Shown one piece after another: positions 63,031-64,000 of a stretch of 64,000 bases of DNA. Positions within the stretch are counted from its first letter, which is position 1; the number at the start of each line of letters is the position of its first letter. The position numbers were made by a program, and so were the translations under genes. The notes under the pieces were generated by a model, which worked only from the letters and a program-made list of their open reading frames with translations, ran no database searches and had not been told where the DNA came from. This DNA comes from Diadema antillarum. Its lineage: Eukaryota. The stretch spans positions 806,001-870,000 of the forward strand of contig NW_027271319.1 in assembly GCF_040938485.1 (NCBI RefSeq), written 5' to 3'.

Positions 63031-64000
63031 ATATCCATTCTTTTCTAACGATTCGACAAGGATGTCTTAACAAGAAATTTCTCCGTTTCCGTTTTTTTTA
63101 CGAGTTTCGCTATATATTCTCGCCTTTGCATTTTGAGCATCTTTTTTTTTTTTGCCTTTACTACCACTTTGATTTGTCTCATGGCTTTGAGAGATTTAAC
63201 AGTATCTACCTAGACAGCGCTGATTTGAATGCATTTTTTTTTACAGATCCTACAATAAGATCTGAAAACAAACCACAGGGGTGAGCACGACTCAAGAGTT
63301 GGGTGCGTAGATGGTTGAGAGGACCTCCGCGGATTTTCCCTCGAATTTGCGCTAATGGAAAAGAAATACTGAATTAATCATGGGACTCGATCGGACAGGA
63401 GGATGAGAGAAATTGCCGAATATTTTAGCTCTCGAGANNNNNNNNNNNNNNNNNNNNNNNNNNNNNNNNNNNNNNNNNNNNNNNNNNNNNNNNNNNNNNN
63501 NNNNNNNNNNNNNNNNNNNNNNNNNNNNNNNNNNNNNNNNNNNNNNNNNNNNNNNNNNNNNNNNNNNNNNNNNNNNNNNNNNNNNNNNNNNNNNNNNNNN
63601 NNNNNNNNNNNNNNNNNNNNACTACGGAAACAACAACAACATGCGATGATTACATCGTCATGTATTTATGTGGACATTTATCATGTCTGGCTTAAGTTTC
63701 CCATGCAGGGAATCAAAGTATTCTGCTTTATGAATATACAGCTTCTAGCAATCGGTCAAAAAAAAAAAAAACAACTAAAAGAAGAAATATATATTTGGAA
63801 TTGTCGCTGGTGATTATTAGCCTACAGTGTGAATGCTATCCCATAGCAGAAAGTGTAATTATCACTATATGTTCTGCACTATTTTTGGATATCATTTTCG
63901 ACGGTTGCCAATACATGTTCAATTGATATGTTGCAGAGTGCTATTTTTTTTTTAATACGACTGTGACATTTTGTACGCACATGGCAGACTCGTTAACTTG

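Noticed and set aside
4884-63620. ORFs containing X runs
   Set aside because: Artefacts of the nine N-gaps (about 4884, 7292, 30972, 33587, 37542, 54182, 59195, 61071, 63438). The gaps could still hide a real small exon.

Overview
AT-rich, microsatellite-rich eukaryotic genomic DNA with nine N-gaps. It is most likely a marine deuterostome, probably a sea urchin; this is inferred from the tRNA-headed DeuSINE and the MITE repertoire. The window is almost entirely non-coding. Only one coding segment is well supported: a + strand exon at 34359-34533 (AG|ATG ... G|GTAAG) encoding a signal peptide, an acidic linker, a helix with one Cys and an N-glycosylation sequon. It resembles the first coding exon of a class B1 (secretin/PTH/calcitonin-type) GPCR. 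A probable non-coding first exon and promoter lie at about 30150-30350. I found no further coding exon in the remaining 29 kb, so it is either in a gap or beyond the window. The rest is intergenic or intronic DNA with well-delimited non-autonomous transposons: a 2.4-kb Helitron2/Helentron-type element carrying five CRE palindromes and DR1 sites; five co-oriented Sola1-like MITE copies or fragments with AWWT target duplications; several TTAA-AG Kolobok-like MITEs, including a 1-kb foldback; a piggyBac-like MITE with a doubled palindrome nested in another TIR element; a DeuSINE nested in a minisatellite-armed foldback; and a Crypton-like relic with a perfect 41-bp hairpin. No prokaryotic-type system (CRISPR, operon, defence island) is present. 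Family assignments come from terminal structure and recalled consensus features, not from database searches. I cannot claim a new biological system here. The best leads are the GPCR-like gene, the CRE-loaded Helentron and the Crypton-like element.
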